DNA from: Chloroflexota bacterium
Lineage (GTDB): Bacteria; Chloroflexota; Dehalococcoidia; Lucifugimonadales; JADFKI01
Reading direction: 5' to 3'
DNA: 64,000 bases
Assembly (NCBI GenBank): GCA_027623195.1
Contig: JAQBUT010000014.1
Location: 1 to 64,000, forward strand
A program made the position numbers and the translations under genes. The notes beneath the pieces are model-generated. The model was not told the DNA's origin. It saw only the letters and a list, made by a program, of their open reading frames with translations, and ran no database searches. Positions 20,986-30,933 of this stretch are shown in pieces. Within the stretch, counting starts at the first letter, position 1, and each line of letters starts with the position of its first letter.

Positions 20986-21179
20986 GACTGCCCACCGCTG
21001 GTGGATTCTGTGACGCTAAACGTGATTGCAGGTTCCAGGCCTTTTACGTCCAACGAATCGAGCCCGGCTATGGAATCTACCGAAGCCTGTATATGCGACA
21101 GCATAGCAGGCTCCGTGGTGGCCCCGGACGCCTGGGCCAGCGCATCCAACATCCCTTGGTTCAGTTCTTTATTGCTCAT
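20982..21179 (-). CDS. Small GatC/AtzG-like amidase accessory subunit
   Basis: 65 aa with LDSLDVKGLEPAITF; ATGA overlap with the amidase start. Confidence 0.65.
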   Translation of the reverse strand: MSNKELNQGMLDALAQASGATTEPAMLSHIQASVDSIAGLDSLDVKGLEPAITFSVTESTSGGQS

Positions 21180-21278
21180 GGTTTCTTTCTACACACTTTG
21201 TCTGTGTAAATTGGCTGGAACTCCAGACATGCTCCGGTTTCTCAGCCGCCGCGCCGCCTGGTAATGTACACGAAAAAC

Positions 21279-23642
21279 CTAGAATATGCCCAGGGCCGAC
21301 AATGCGCGTTGCACCAGGGCCTCGCTATCGCCCATCACCAAAAGGGTAGACTTTGGTTCGCTCTTCATTAGTGTTGCGCCCTGGTTGCCGCTCCACATCC
21401 GCCGACCATCACTGGTGGGCGCTGCAGGCCCGCCATAATCCACCGACGCAAATTCAGAATGAGCCTCTTCGAATTCCGTGGCATCGAAAATGGAATCCCA
21501 GTTAATCGATAGTACGAGAAGCCGTTCGGCCTCGGGTCCAATTAGCAAGAGGTAGCGATCTCCCCCCCAGCCAGCGGCTGCAGCAGAAGCCGTGAACGCA
21601 TCGAGGTTCTTCTCCAAGAAGGTCCGGAGTAGAAATTCTCCCAGCGTATCCTCAGCCACCAACTCCCAGCCTCGACCCATATCTGCCGTGATGTCTGGTA
21701 GGGCGGGGATGTCCGGCTTTTCCCCTGCCAGGTACTTCTCAGGATGAATGATCTGCTCGGTGGAAACGGGCGGGCTGGAGTAGACATCGTCCACACCTTG
21801 CCAACTCCCCGCCGACTGGTAAACGGTCCCTACGAAATCGCTGCCCTCCCGCTGAGGAAATAAGGTTACGTCCCTAACCACCTGCGGCGCAGACTCCAGC
21901 CTGTTGCCTGGAATAGGCCGTGTAACCTCGGCCAGTTCAGACTCCGTGAAGTACGTCTGCACGTAACCCTGCTGAATCTGTGCAACCTCGCCGCTGGCGA
22001 AGGCAGTCAGCGCTCGGTACTCGTCGGAGTTGCCTGATTCGCGGGCAGCGCGACGGAGGTCGGACACGAAGAAGACCTGCTCTTGCACCCCTGCCAGGAA
22101 CACGCTGGCGTAGCTCAGCTCCTCCGCCGGGCCGAGGTTAGGAGCATCGCTAAGCACGTATAAACGTCCGCTGGCGTCATCGAAGAGCGCCGTCACCTGT
22201 TGAAGGAACACCTCTCGGGTAATGTCCTCGAGGTCGTCTTCCGGCTGAAGCAGGCCCAGCGTTTTGTAGAGTTCCTCCGTCTGAAAAACCTGGTCTCGTA
22301 GAAACCTGCGCTTGAAGTGGGCATCGGCCAGGTCTTGAAGCTTGTCGGTCGTTTCCAGGTTGCTTTCGATAGGCGTTACGGGAGCCAGCCCGCGAAGTGA
22401 TGAGACCCTACTCTGCACAAGGGCCACCGTCTGATTGAATGCGGCCATGGCTTCTGCCAGAGACATCTCAGGGGTTAGGTCCGCTTCCGTTCCTTCTATG
22501 GATTCAGAAGGCGTCGGATCAGAGGCTGCGGGCGTTGCGGGGGCGTTGCTTATCGGCTCTACCCCCGGCGCAGACGTAATTCCTGAAGCTAAGGGGCTTT
22601 CAGAATCGCCGGCCAGTGCCAGGGCTACCATGATGACGGCTACGACTCCAGCGGCGATTCCAGTTGCAACCAGCAGCCTCCGACTCAGTCCAGGCAAAAG
22701 CCTCCGCAGCGGATGTCCGCCTGTGCTGCTAGGAGCCTCCTGATAATCTGGCGCGGAGTATGCCCAAGCGTTCGGTAGGACGACGGTCGGACTGTCCAAA
22801 ACGACGGGAGCCATTTGTGGGCGCGGAAGAGACGCGGCCAACGCCTCCACCAGTCCCATGGCCGACTGATATCGGTCGTCGGGATTCTTTGCCATGGCTT
22901 TCAGCAGGGTAGCCTTCACTCCTGGGAGAAGGTCCACGTCGTCGCTCTCGGAAAGAGGCAAGGGCTGATGAACGTGGGCCATCATAGTTGCGGCGGCGGT
23001 GTTGGCATGGAACGGCACCTCACCAACCAAAATCTGATAGCAGAGAATACCAAAGGCGTAAAGATCGGAGCGACTGTCCACGTCGCGACCCATTGCCTGC
23101 TCAGGGGACATGTATTCCGGGGTGCCAATGGCCTCTTGCGGAGCTGTGATGTGATACACCTGCTCCATGACTACAGAGAGGCCGAAGTCGGCAAGCACAG
23201 GCTCGCCTTCGTCCCTCATCAGCACGTTGGATGGCTTAATGTCTCGGTGAACGATGCCGTTGGAGTGGGCGAAGTCCAGCGCTTCAGCTAAAGGCCGCAG
23301 AATGCGAAGCGCCTCTCCCAGGTCGTGGGGACTCCCCAGTCTTTCCAGCAGAGTGCCTCCGGAGACGTACTCTGTGACGATGTAGGTAAAGCCTTTGTCT
23401 TCTCCAACGTCGTAGACTTGAAGTATGTGAGGGTGATTAAGCCGGGCTATTGCCTGGGCTTCGCGGCTGAACCTTTCACGAAAGGCAGGCTCGTCTGCCC
23501 GTAAGAAAGCCAGCACTTTGATCGCAACAGTCCTGTCGAGACTCGGATCACGTGCCTTGAAAACAGTGGCCATGCCACCGCTGCCCAACTTCTCCTGAAC
23601 GTAGTACCGACCTAGCCGGCCGCCTTCAAGAATGGAAGCCAT
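21279..23642 (-). CDS. Transmembrane Hanks-type Ser/Thr protein kinase with a large extracellular domain
   Basis: GSGGMATV, VAIK, HRDIKPSN, DFG, GTPEYMSPE; one TM segment; C-domain with [26 protein letters not shown]. Confidence 0.93.
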   Translation of the reverse strand: MASILEGGRLGRYYVQEKLGSGGMATVFKARDPSLDRTVAIKVLAFLRADEPAFRERFSREAQAIARLNHPHILQVYDVGEDKGFTYIVTEYVSGGTLLERLGSPHDLGEALRILRPLAEALDFAHSNGIVHRDIKPSNVLMRDEGEPVLADFGLSVVMEQVYHITAPQEAIGTPEYMSPEQAMGRDVDSRSDLYAFGILCYQILVGEVPFHANTAAATMMAHVHQPLPLSESDDVDLLPGVKATLLKAMAKNPDDRYQSAMGLVEALAASLPRPQMAPVVLDSPTVVLPNAWAYSAPDYQEAPSSTGGHPLRRLLPGLSRRLLVATGIAAGVVAVIMVALALAGDSESPLASGITSAPGVEPISNAPATPAASDPTPSESIEGTEADLTPEMSLAEAMAAFNQTVALVQSRVSSLRGLAPVTPIESNLETTDKLQDLADAHFKRRFLRDQVFQTEELYKTLGLLQPEDDLEDITREVFLQQVTALFDDASGRLYVLSDAPNLGPAEELSYASVFLAGVQEQVFFVSDLRRAARESGNSDEYRALTAFASGEVAQIQQGYVQTYFTESELAEVTRPIPGNRLESAPQVVRDVTLFPQREGSDFVGTVYQSAGSWQGVDDVYSSPPVSTEQIIHPEKYLAGEKPDIPALPDITADMGRGWELVAEDTLGEFLLRTFLEKNLDAFTASAAAAGWGGDRYLLLIGPEAERLLVLSINWDSIFDATEFEEAHSEFASVDYGGPAAPTSDGRRMWSGNQGATLMKSEPKSTLLVMGDSEALVQRALSALGIF

Positions 23643-23675
23643 GCGATTTGACCGTCACCGACTTCACGGGAGGTA

Positions 23676-24365
23676 TCATGCGTCCAGCTTGTAACCGAAG
23701 CCTCGGACAGTGATAAGGTGCTGAGGCTTGGAGGTGCTCTCCTCAACCCGCACCCTCACACGATGAACGCACTGCTCTATCTCGTGATTGCCCACGTCGC
23801 TATCGGGACGCTCCGCCCACACGTGTCCTGCGATTTCGTCCCTGCTTACGGCCTCACCACGCTTGGCGTTCAGAAGCTGTAGCAGGTCGAACTCCTTCCG
23901 AGGCAGAGGCGGGTCCAGTCGTTTGCCCTTGACGTAAACCTGCCGGGCCTTGGAGTCTACAACCAGCGCGTCTATAGGAGCCTCAACCTTGGAAATGAGG
24001 ACAGTCTTTGCGCCGCTGTACTGAAACATAAACGTAACGTCGCTGCCGCCCATGCGTACCAGGTCGCCGTGCGTAAGGGGAAACTCATCATCGAAGATGC
24101 GCCTGCGGTTGATGAAGGTGCCGTTGGTGCTGCCAAGGTCACGGATGTAGTACCCGTTAACCGTGGCAACGATTGCGGAGTGCTTTCGAGAAACGGGAGG
24201 CTCGTCTACCACGACATCGTTGTCCGGCTGACGACCGAGGGTCGTCACCTCCGCGAAGATGGCGATGACCTCCCCGTGACGCGAACCGCCTTGCACGAGC
24301 AACGAGGCCTCGCTGCTTACGTCGATCTCTCGCTCGGGGGCGCTTCGTGCTTCTGCCTGTCCCAC
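23676..24365 (-). CDS. FHA domain plus OmpR-type winged-helix transcriptional regulator
   Basis: FHA: LGR..DND, VSRKH, DLGSTNGT; wHTH: KEFDLL...VSRDEI..HVW...ITVRGFGYKL. Confidence 0.9.
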   Translation of the reverse strand: MGQAEARSAPEREIDVSSEASLLVQGGSRHGEVIAIFAEVTTLGRQPDNDVVVDEPPVSRKHSAIVATVNGYYIRDLGSTNGTFINRRRIFDDEFPLTHGDLVRMGGSDVTFMFQYSGAKTVLISKVEAPIDALVVDSKARQVYVKGKRLDPPLPRKEFDLLQLLNAKRGEAVSRDEIAGHVWAERPDSDVGNHEIEQCVHRVRVRVEESTSKPQHLITVRGFGYKLDA

Positions 24366-24498
24366 CGCCTCGCTCCTAAAACCGCTAGTTTGGAGTTGGG
24401 CAATTATACCAAATTATGATTATTTGGCTAGGAGGCCGGATGAGCAGTAAGTGGCATGAATGGTCCGAACGCTGATTTCAAGTGTGTAGACGACTGCG

Positions 24499-25824
24499 CT
24501 AGTCGTCCCCGGAAGCAGGTTGGGGCTGAGGTTCGGGTTGGGTAGCGGCACGCTCGAAAGCCTGCAGGGTTGTCCCGATGTTTCTGGCCTTTCCGTTTAA
24601 CATGGCCGGTCCTACCGCGAATGCAATGACGGCCAATCCACCGAATGCCACGGCGAAGGGTGCCCCCAAATGCTCGGCAATGATCCCCGCCTGGAACCCC
24701 CCCAGAGGCATTATGCTCCACGTCATCCCGTAGAAGCCCATGACCCTGCCGCGCATACGGTCTGGGACCATGATCTGCAGGGAGCTCATTACGGAAACCA
24801 TGTAAACAGAGTTAAAAACTCCCACAAAAAATATGATTACCAACGCCAATATAAACGAGCCGTGAAACTCCGCGCTAAGCGCGAATATCGTCAGAGCTGT
24901 TCCAAAGGCTATCGCGCCTCCAATTAACATGAGGCCCTTCTGGCGAATGTTTCCCAGCGATCCCAAGAAGAGAGTCGTCACCAGAGCTCCAACGCCACTG
25001 ACGCCCATAAGAATGCCCTGGCCCTCTGCACCTACTCGTAGGATATCCACAGCGAATATCGGCATCATGAAGATGTAAGCCAGACCAAAGAAGCTGTTGA
25101 AGAAGGTCATACCTATGAGGAACGAGAAGATGGAATTCTTCGCGATGAAGTTGACGCCCTCGAGCATGTCCTTGCCAGCGTGGCCGCTGCCGCCCCTCTC
25201 AATGTGAGGTATCTGCAGGGCTGAAATCACCAGAGCCATGATTACAAATCCAGCGCCTGCGATGAAAAACGAGATGGATGTCCCAAGGAAGGCGATAACA
25301 GCGCCAGCAGCGGCGGGCGCAACTATGCGCGTTCCCTGCCAAATTGCGGAGTTCATCGCCACCGCGCTCATCATGACTTTTCTATCTATCAGATGCGGGT
25401 AAAGGGCCTGCCTTGCGGGTTGATCAAATGCGTTAACGGCACCAGCAAAGAACGCGATGATGAGCAGATTGTAGATGTGGACTACGTCCAGCATCGTCAT
25501 GACGGCAAGCAAGAATATGAGCGAAGCGGTAATTAGTTGCGTAACCCGGATGAGCTTGCGCTTGTCGAAAAGATCTGCGAAGACACCGCCGAAGAGGTTA
25601 AGCGCGATGGCCGGGATGGCGTTGGCAAGCCCAACAAATCCTAAGAATAGGGGAGAGCCGGTGATCTCGTAGGCCAGCCAGAGCTGACCGAATTGGAACA
25701 TCTGGAAGCCGCTAACCGACGCCAGGGTGCCTAACCAGTACGCTCGGTACGCGGGGTAACGCAACGCTGGTGGCACGCTAAAAAGTGACTGCTTCGCAGG
25801 CGTATCTGCGGCTGCTTGGCTCAA
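24499..25824 (-). CDS. MFS transporter
   Basis: About 12 hydrophobic segments, GGVFADLFDKRK motif A variant, VPDRMRGRVMG. Confidence 0.9.
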   Translation of the reverse strand: MSQAAADTPAKQSLFSVPPALRYPAYRAYWLGTLASVSGFQMFQFGQLWLAYEITGSPLFLGFVGLANAIPAIALNLFGGVFADLFDKRKLIRVTQLITASLIFLLAVMTMLDVVHIYNLLIIAFFAGAVNAFDQPARQALYPHLIDRKVMMSAVAMNSAIWQGTRIVAPAAAGAVIAFLGTSISFFIAGAGFVIMALVISALQIPHIERGGSGHAGKDMLEGVNFIAKNSIFSFLIGMTFFNSFFGLAYIFMMPIFAVDILRVGAEGQGILMGVSGVGALVTTLFLGSLGNIRQKGLMLIGGAIAFGTALTIFALSAEFHGSFILALVIIFFVGVFNSVYMVSVMSSLQIMVPDRMRGRVMGFYGMTWSIMPLGGFQAGIIAEHLGAPFAVAFGGLAVIAFAVGPAMLNGKARNIGTTLQAFERAATQPEPQPQPASGDD

Positions 25825-25847
25825 ACTATAGTCCCGAAGCGCACGGC

Positions 25848-26069
25848 TCAGTCTTTAACGGGTATTCTGCCCCAGGTAACGGAATCAGCAGAAACGGACA
25901 GTTTTTTTTCTCGGATAACGTCCCGAATCGCCAGTAAGGTAGCGTTGACTTCATTGGTGACGTAAACCCAGTCCGGCTCTTCTGGAAACCAGTAGGGCGA
26001 AGTGATTCGGACTACCTTGCCATCCCCGGCGTTCAGGTAAATACCAAATTTAGAAACGTGAGATAACAT
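25848..26069 (-). CDS. Hypothetical 73-aa protein
   Basis: GAGG RBS, co-oriented with the MFS gene, globular-looking sequence (VRITSPYWFPEEPDW). Confidence 0.7.
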   Translation of the reverse strand: MLSHVSKFGIYLNAGDGKVVRITSPYWFPEEPDWVYVTNEVNATLLAIRDVIREKKLSVSADSVTWGRIPVKD

Positions 26070-26150
26070 GGGTGACCTCTGCTTAATGCCCTTACGTTAG
26101 CACAGGCCAAACCCGGCTACAACCGGGCCCCATGTACCTAATGCATTTTC

Positions 26151-28001
26151 TTACTCAACCGTTACGGACTTGGCAAGGTTACGTGGCTGGTCAACGTCGC
26201 ACCCACGCCGCACAGCGATGTGGTAGGACAGCAATTGCATGGGAATAGACATAAGGATAGGCGTAACGTTGGATGAGGATTTCGGGATGTAAATGGCATG
26301 GTCGGCCTTGTCCAAGACACCCTCGTCTCCCTCGGTGGCCACAGCTATCACCGTGCCGCCTCGGGCCTTTACCTCGTTGATATTACTAAGCATCTTCTCG
26401 TAAAGATCGTCCTTGGGGATAAGCGCCACTACCGGCATCTCCTCGTCGATGAGAGATATCGGGCCATGCTTCATTTCGCCCGCCGGATAACCCTCCGCGT
26501 GGATGTAGCTTATCTCCTTGAGCTTCAATGCGCCTTCCATTGCCAGGGGATAATTGATACCCCGCCCCAGGAATAGGAAGTCCCGACGGCTGGAATATTC
26601 TCGGGCCAGCGACTCGTATACGGCCTCGTTTTCCTTGGTAAGCAAAGTGCCCATCATCTGAGGAAGATGGGCCAGTTCCTTTATCATCTCTTCGCGGCGC
26701 TCCTTGGAGAGGTGTCCCCTCCTAGAGCCTATGTACATGGCAAGGAGGTAAAGGGCGACAAGAGAGCAAACAAATGTCTTGCTAGAGGCCACTCCCACTT
26801 CCAGGCCAGCCCTGATGAGTATGGTACCGTCGGCGACACGAGTAGTCTGGGTGCCTTCGTAGTTGCACAGCGTAATTTGGCGAGCTCCCTTGGACTTGGC
26901 TTCATCCATGGCGGACAATGTGTCCGCCGTTTCGCCTGACTGGGAAATGGAAACCACCAGAGTGTCCTTATCGATCACAGGATCCCTGTACCGAAACTCC
27001 GATGAGTTATCCGCCTCGGTGGCTATGCCCGCCAGTGACTCCATCCAAAGCCTGCCGACCATGGCCGCATGCTGGCTAGTCCCCATGCCCACGATGACAA
27101 CGCGCCTTATCTGCTTGAGCTCTTCGTCGGAAAACGGGAAGTGCTCCAGGTCCACAGTATAGTCGTCGAACGAGACTCGACCGCGAAGGGCATCTATTAT
27201 GGCCTCCGGCTGCTCATGAATCTCTTTCAGCATGAAGTGCTTGTACTCGCCTTTAGCTGCGGTGAGCGCGTCATAAGGCATGTGCAAAGTCGACTTCTTT
27301 AGCTCATTGCCCTCCAGGTCGGTATAACTGACGTGGTTCTTGGTCACTACGACCATCTCGCCGCCGGCCAGGTATACAACATCTCGAGTGTGTGGCAAAA
27401 GAGCAGGAAGATCACTGGCCAAGAGCATTTCGTCTTTGCCGTAGCCAACAACAATTCCACCCGCGTTGCCCAACTTGAAGGATATTATCTTGTCGGGTTC
27501 TCGCTTGGATATAACGACAATTGCATTGGCTCCGCGAATACGGTTGGCGGTTGCCAGCACAGCGTCCTCAAGAGAATAATCATCTTGCAGGTAGGACTCG
27601 ATGAGATGAGGCACACACTCCGCGTCAGTCTGGGATGAGAAGACGTGGCCCTTTTCGGTCAGCTCCTGCTTTAGCTCCTGGTAGTTCTCGACGATGCCGT
27701 TGTGGACGACAATCACATCTTTGGAACAGTCGGAGTGAGGGTGTGCATTATCTTCAGTCGGTCCACCGTGGGTAGCCCACCGGGTGTGACCGATTCCGGT
27801 ACTACCATCTGGCAGGCCATTGCTGAGCACCTGCTTGAGATTGGAGAGCTTACCGGCCGCCTTGAAGAGCTGTGGCTTGCCAGCTTTGTCCATTACAGCG
27901 ATTCCGGCGCTGTCGTAGCCTCGATATTCCAGACTGGTGAGACCTTCGAGGATTATGGAAGCCGCTTGCCGGCCCCCGGTGTAGCCTATTATCCCGCACA
28001 T
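26151..28001 (-). CDS. glmS: Glutamine-fructose-6-phosphate transaminase
   Basis: MCGIIG, EYRGYDSAG, GHTRWATHG, SQSGETAD, PRNLAKSVTVE. Confidence 0.98.
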   Translation of the reverse strand: MCGIIGYTGGRQAASIILEGLTSLEYRGYDSAGIAVMDKAGKPQLFKAAGKLSNLKQVLSNGLPDGSTGIGHTRWATHGGPTEDNAHPHSDCSKDVIVVHNGIVENYQELKQELTEKGHVFSSQTDAECVPHLIESYLQDDYSLEDAVLATANRIRGANAIVVISKREPDKIISFKLGNAGGIVVGYGKDEMLLASDLPALLPHTRDVVYLAGGEMVVVTKNHVSYTDLEGNELKKSTLHMPYDALTAAKGEYKHFMLKEIHEQPEAIIDALRGRVSFDDYTVDLEHFPFSDEELKQIRRVVIVGMGTSQHAAMVGRLWMESLAGIATEADNSSEFRYRDPVIDKDTLVVSISQSGETADTLSAMDEAKSKGARQITLCNYEGTQTTRVADGTILIRAGLEVGVASSKTFVCSLVALYLLAMYIGSRRGHLSKERREEMIKELAHLPQMMGTLLTKENEAVYESLAREYSSRRDFLFLGRGINYPLAMEGALKLKEISYIHAEGYPAGEMKHGPISLIDEEMPVVALIPKDDLYEKMLSNINEVKARGGTVIAVATEGDEGVLDKADHAIYIPKSSSNVTPILMSIPMQLLSYHIAVRRGCDVDQPRNLAKSVTVE

Positions 28002-28094
28002 TTGATGCCCCTTGCCCGCCGAGGGCGGGTACGTAATGCCGATGTGACGTTAGAACTTGTCTCTGCTGCATTATCCGTAACAATGGCCTTATTT

Positions 28095-28769
28095 TCAACG
28101 CCTTTTGGGGGCCACCGTAGAAGCATCTTTCCCTTTACCGTAGACCCCACGGTAATCTTCCGGAAGCAGCTGGGCAACCCGGTCCATAATCATATCCGCA
28201 AAGGAGTCGATAATCTCCTTATTGGGCTTTCCCTGCACGTCGGGAAGTGAAAAGACCGTGCCAATGTTTATCTTCAGTTTGCCGGTCGGAAAGAATACCC
28301 GAGTCCATGAGCCCATCGTCTCCGTGCCCGTTATGCCAATGGGTAGGATCGGGGCCTGAGCATGCAAGGCAATCTGCGCGAAGCCTGACTTGGCCTTGAT
28401 CATGCCGCCAGGACTGCGAGTCCCTTCTGGAAAGAGGACTACGGGCTTGCCTTCCCTCAACTGGCTTAAGACCCACCTGTAGGCCGCTATGTCCACGTCC
28501 TTTTCGCGGTCCAGAGGAAAAGCGCCGTACATTGATAGGAGCCAACGGGTAATAAAATTCGAAAAGACTGTGGACTTGGCCAAGAACTGGATTCGCCGGG
28601 TAAGACTTGCCACCAGCATTGGAGGGTCCATGTTGCTCTGGTGGTTGGCTATGATTATCAGTGGGCCCATGGGGGGGATGTTCTCACGCCCCACGACCTC
28701 CCATTTTGCAAATAATTTCAGTGTGGCTCGCTGCAATAATCTGCAGGCGTAGAAAGGCAAGTCATTCAT
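28095..28769 (-). CDS. plsC: 1-acyl-sn-glycerol-3-phosphate acyltransferase
   Basis: NHQSNMD, FPEGTRS; overlaps the cmk stop. Confidence 0.9.
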   Translation of the reverse strand: MNDLPFYACRLLQRATLKLFAKWEVVGRENIPPMGPLIIIANHQSNMDPPMLVASLTRRIQFLAKSTVFSNFITRWLLSMYGAFPLDREKDVDIAAYRWVLSQLREGKPVVLFPEGTRSPGGMIKAKSGFAQIALHAQAPILPIGITGTETMGSWTRVFFPTGKLKINIGTVFSLPDVQGKPNKEIIDSFADMIMDRVAQLLPEDYRGVYGKGKDASTVAPKRR

Positions 28770-29437
28770 CGCGAAGACTCAATCAGACTCATGAGCTTTT
28801 CGATTACCTCTTCCAGTCCAAGGTTGTCCGTGTCGATGGTCACGGCATCTTCCGCAGCACGAAGTGGGGAGTTGGCTCGTTCCGTGTCTAGCTTGTCCCG
28901 ACGGGCAAGGTCCGCTTTCACCTGTTCCAAGTCGGCGCTCAGACCTTTGGCGATTATTTCCTTATGCCTGCGCTCAGCCCTCACATCAACCGATGCCCGC
29001 AAGAACGCCTTGAATCCGGCATCTTTAAGAACCACGGTGCCGATGTCCCGCCCAACCATAACTATGGGACCCCCATGCGCGATTTCTCTCTGGCGCTCCA
29101 CCAAAGCCGCTCTGACTCTCGCCAGGGCGGCCACGTGAGACACGTTCCGTTCCACAGCAGCGTCACGAAGACGTTCTGTCACGTCTACCCCGTCTACAAA
29201 CAACCTGTCTTCAGATTCTCGAGGAACGAGCGCCATATGGACCGATTCAGCCAGAGCGGAAAGCTTCTGCTCATCTCCGATATCCAGACCTCTGTACAGC
29301 GCAACCAACGTAATAGCCCTATACATTACGCCGGTATCCAGAAAGCGCATATCAAGCCTTTGGGCTAACTCTCTGCCAACGGCGGTCTTACCGCATGCCA
29401 CAGGCCCGTCGATGGCTATAGCGTTAGGAATGGTCAA
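28766..29437 (-). CDS. cmk: Cytidylate kinase
   Basis: IAIDGP...GKT, DTGVMYR, GRDIGTVV. Confidence 0.95.
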   Translation of the reverse strand: MTIPNAIAIDGPVACGKTAVGRELAQRLDMRFLDTGVMYRAITLVALYRGLDIGDEQKLSALAESVHMALVPRESEDRLFVDGVDVTERLRDAAVERNVSHVAALARVRAALVERQREIAHGGPIVMVGRDIGTVVLKDAGFKAFLRASVDVRAERRHKEIIAKGLSADLEQVKADLARRDKLDTERANSPLRAAEDAVTIDTDNLGLEEVIEKLMSLIESSR

Positions 29438-29587
29438 ATGACTAGGTTGCGCGTCCTATCCGGCGGGAACGCGAATAATTATGGTCGCACGCCCACTCAA
29501 GCTAGACCTGATTATAGGCTGGAAAGCATCACCTAACAAGGAATCTCCACATCAGTTATGCGAAGTTAATTTAGGGGCGCCTTCTTC

Positions 29588-30931
29588 TCAATCATTATGC
29601 GAACGAAGTTGCTGCTTGTAATCTTCTTCGTGGGAGACGATGAGGCCCCGTCTCAACTGCTCTTCCAGCGGGACGACTCGTGGGGGGCGGACGGTAGTTG
29701 GCCCAGTGCCGATGGAGCCTGACTCTTCCAGCAGTCCTATCGCATCATCGGACATGCCAAGGTGTTCGGCTAGTACATATCTGTTGTGCTTCCCCATAGT
29801 CGGGGCTGCAGTACGAGCGCCTCCCGGCGTGCGGGAGAATTTCCAAGGCCGGCTGCTGTAAGGCAGGGGAGGCATCCCTGTGGTGTCGTCATGCTCGACG
29901 GTCTCGTAGAAGCCTCTCGCCTTGAGTTGAGGGTCGAACAGAAGCTGCTTGCCGTTTAGAACCGCGCCGGCGGGGACGCCCACTTCCTGTAACTGGCCCA
30001 TCAACTGATGCGCGTCCCTATGGCTGGTCGCGGAAGACAGCGCTGCATCCAGCAGTGTCCTGTGCTTCACCCTGGCCGCTGCATCCTTAAAAGCTCCTTC
30101 GGAAAGCCATTCGTCTTTACCCATCACATGGCAAAGCGACCGCCACTGCTCATCCGTTTCCACCGAAATGGCTATCCATGAATCCACGCCTTCGCAGGGG
30201 TAGCAGCCGTGCGGCGAAATGGACGGATGCTCGTTTCCTATGCGCTGCTGAGTCCGTCCGTTCACCGTGAAGTCCAGCATTGCCTCAGGAATCGTCGAGG
30301 TCAGCGTCTCCGATTGCGATACGTCTATGAACTGTCCTTCGCCGGTGTTTGCCCTGTGCACCAAGGCTGCCATTATCGCAAAAGCCGTGTGCTCGGCGGC
30401 GGAGTAATCGGCATAGGGAATCTCAGGAAGCTTAGGCGGACCGTCTCTGTAGCCTGTTAGCGACGCCAGACCGGATGCTGCCTCCGTGGTAAAGCCAATG
30501 GCTCCGAAGTCCGACCATGGTCCTACGTGGCCATAACCTGTAGAGGAAACCATAACGATATCGGGCCTGATCTTGCGCAGGTCTTCGTATTCCAGACCGA
30601 AGTTGCGCATAACCCTGGGCGTATAGTTCTCCGCAAACACATCGCTGACGCTGATGAGGTCCTTCAGTACGCCGAGGCAGGTCTCATCCGTCAGGTCCAA
30701 CGTCAGGCTCATCTTATTGCGATTCTGCTCATAGAAGTTGGCGGCTCTATCCCAAAAGTTGCCTTCGACGCTGTTGCCGTAAAAGGACTGCATCCTGTAG
30801 TTATCCAGTCGAGCGCAGGTCTCGATGCGGATGATCTGCGCGCCCATGTCGGCCAGCAGCTTGGTGGCGTGGGGAATAGCTATGAGCTGCCCCATCTCAA
30901 CAATGCGTATTCCGCTTAGCGGCAGACTCAT
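29588..30931 (-). CDS. Family III CoA-transferase (CaiB/BaiF), catalytic-Asp-bearing
   Basis: LADMGAQIIRIE, NRNKMSLTLDL, ENYTP, PYADY. Confidence 0.92.
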   Translation of the reverse strand: MSLPLSGIRIVEMGQLIAIPHATKLLADMGAQIIRIETCARLDNYRMQSFYGNSVEGNFWDRAANFYEQNRNKMSLTLDLTDETCLGVLKDLISVSDVFAENYTPRVMRNFGLEYEDLRKIRPDIVMVSSTGYGHVGPWSDFGAIGFTTEAASGLASLTGYRDGPPKLPEIPYADYSAAEHTAFAIMAALVHRANTGEGQFIDVSQSETLTSTIPEAMLDFTVNGRTQQRIGNEHPSISPHGCYPCEGVDSWIAISVETDEQWRSLCHVMGKDEWLSEGAFKDAAARVKHRTLLDAALSSATSHRDAHQLMGQLQEVGVPAGAVLNGKQLLFDPQLKARGFYETVEHDDTTGMPPLPYSSRPWKFSRTPGGARTAAPTMGKHNRYVLAEHLGMSDDAIGLLEESGSIGTGPTTVRPPRVVPLEEQLRRGLIVSHEEDYKQQLRSHND

Positions 30932-30933
30932 GG

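Noticed and set aside
28002..28094. glmS ribozyme upstream of glmS
   Set aside because: Only 93 nt and no AGCGCC/GACGAGG core; just a short CCCGCC/GGCGGG hairpin before the RBS
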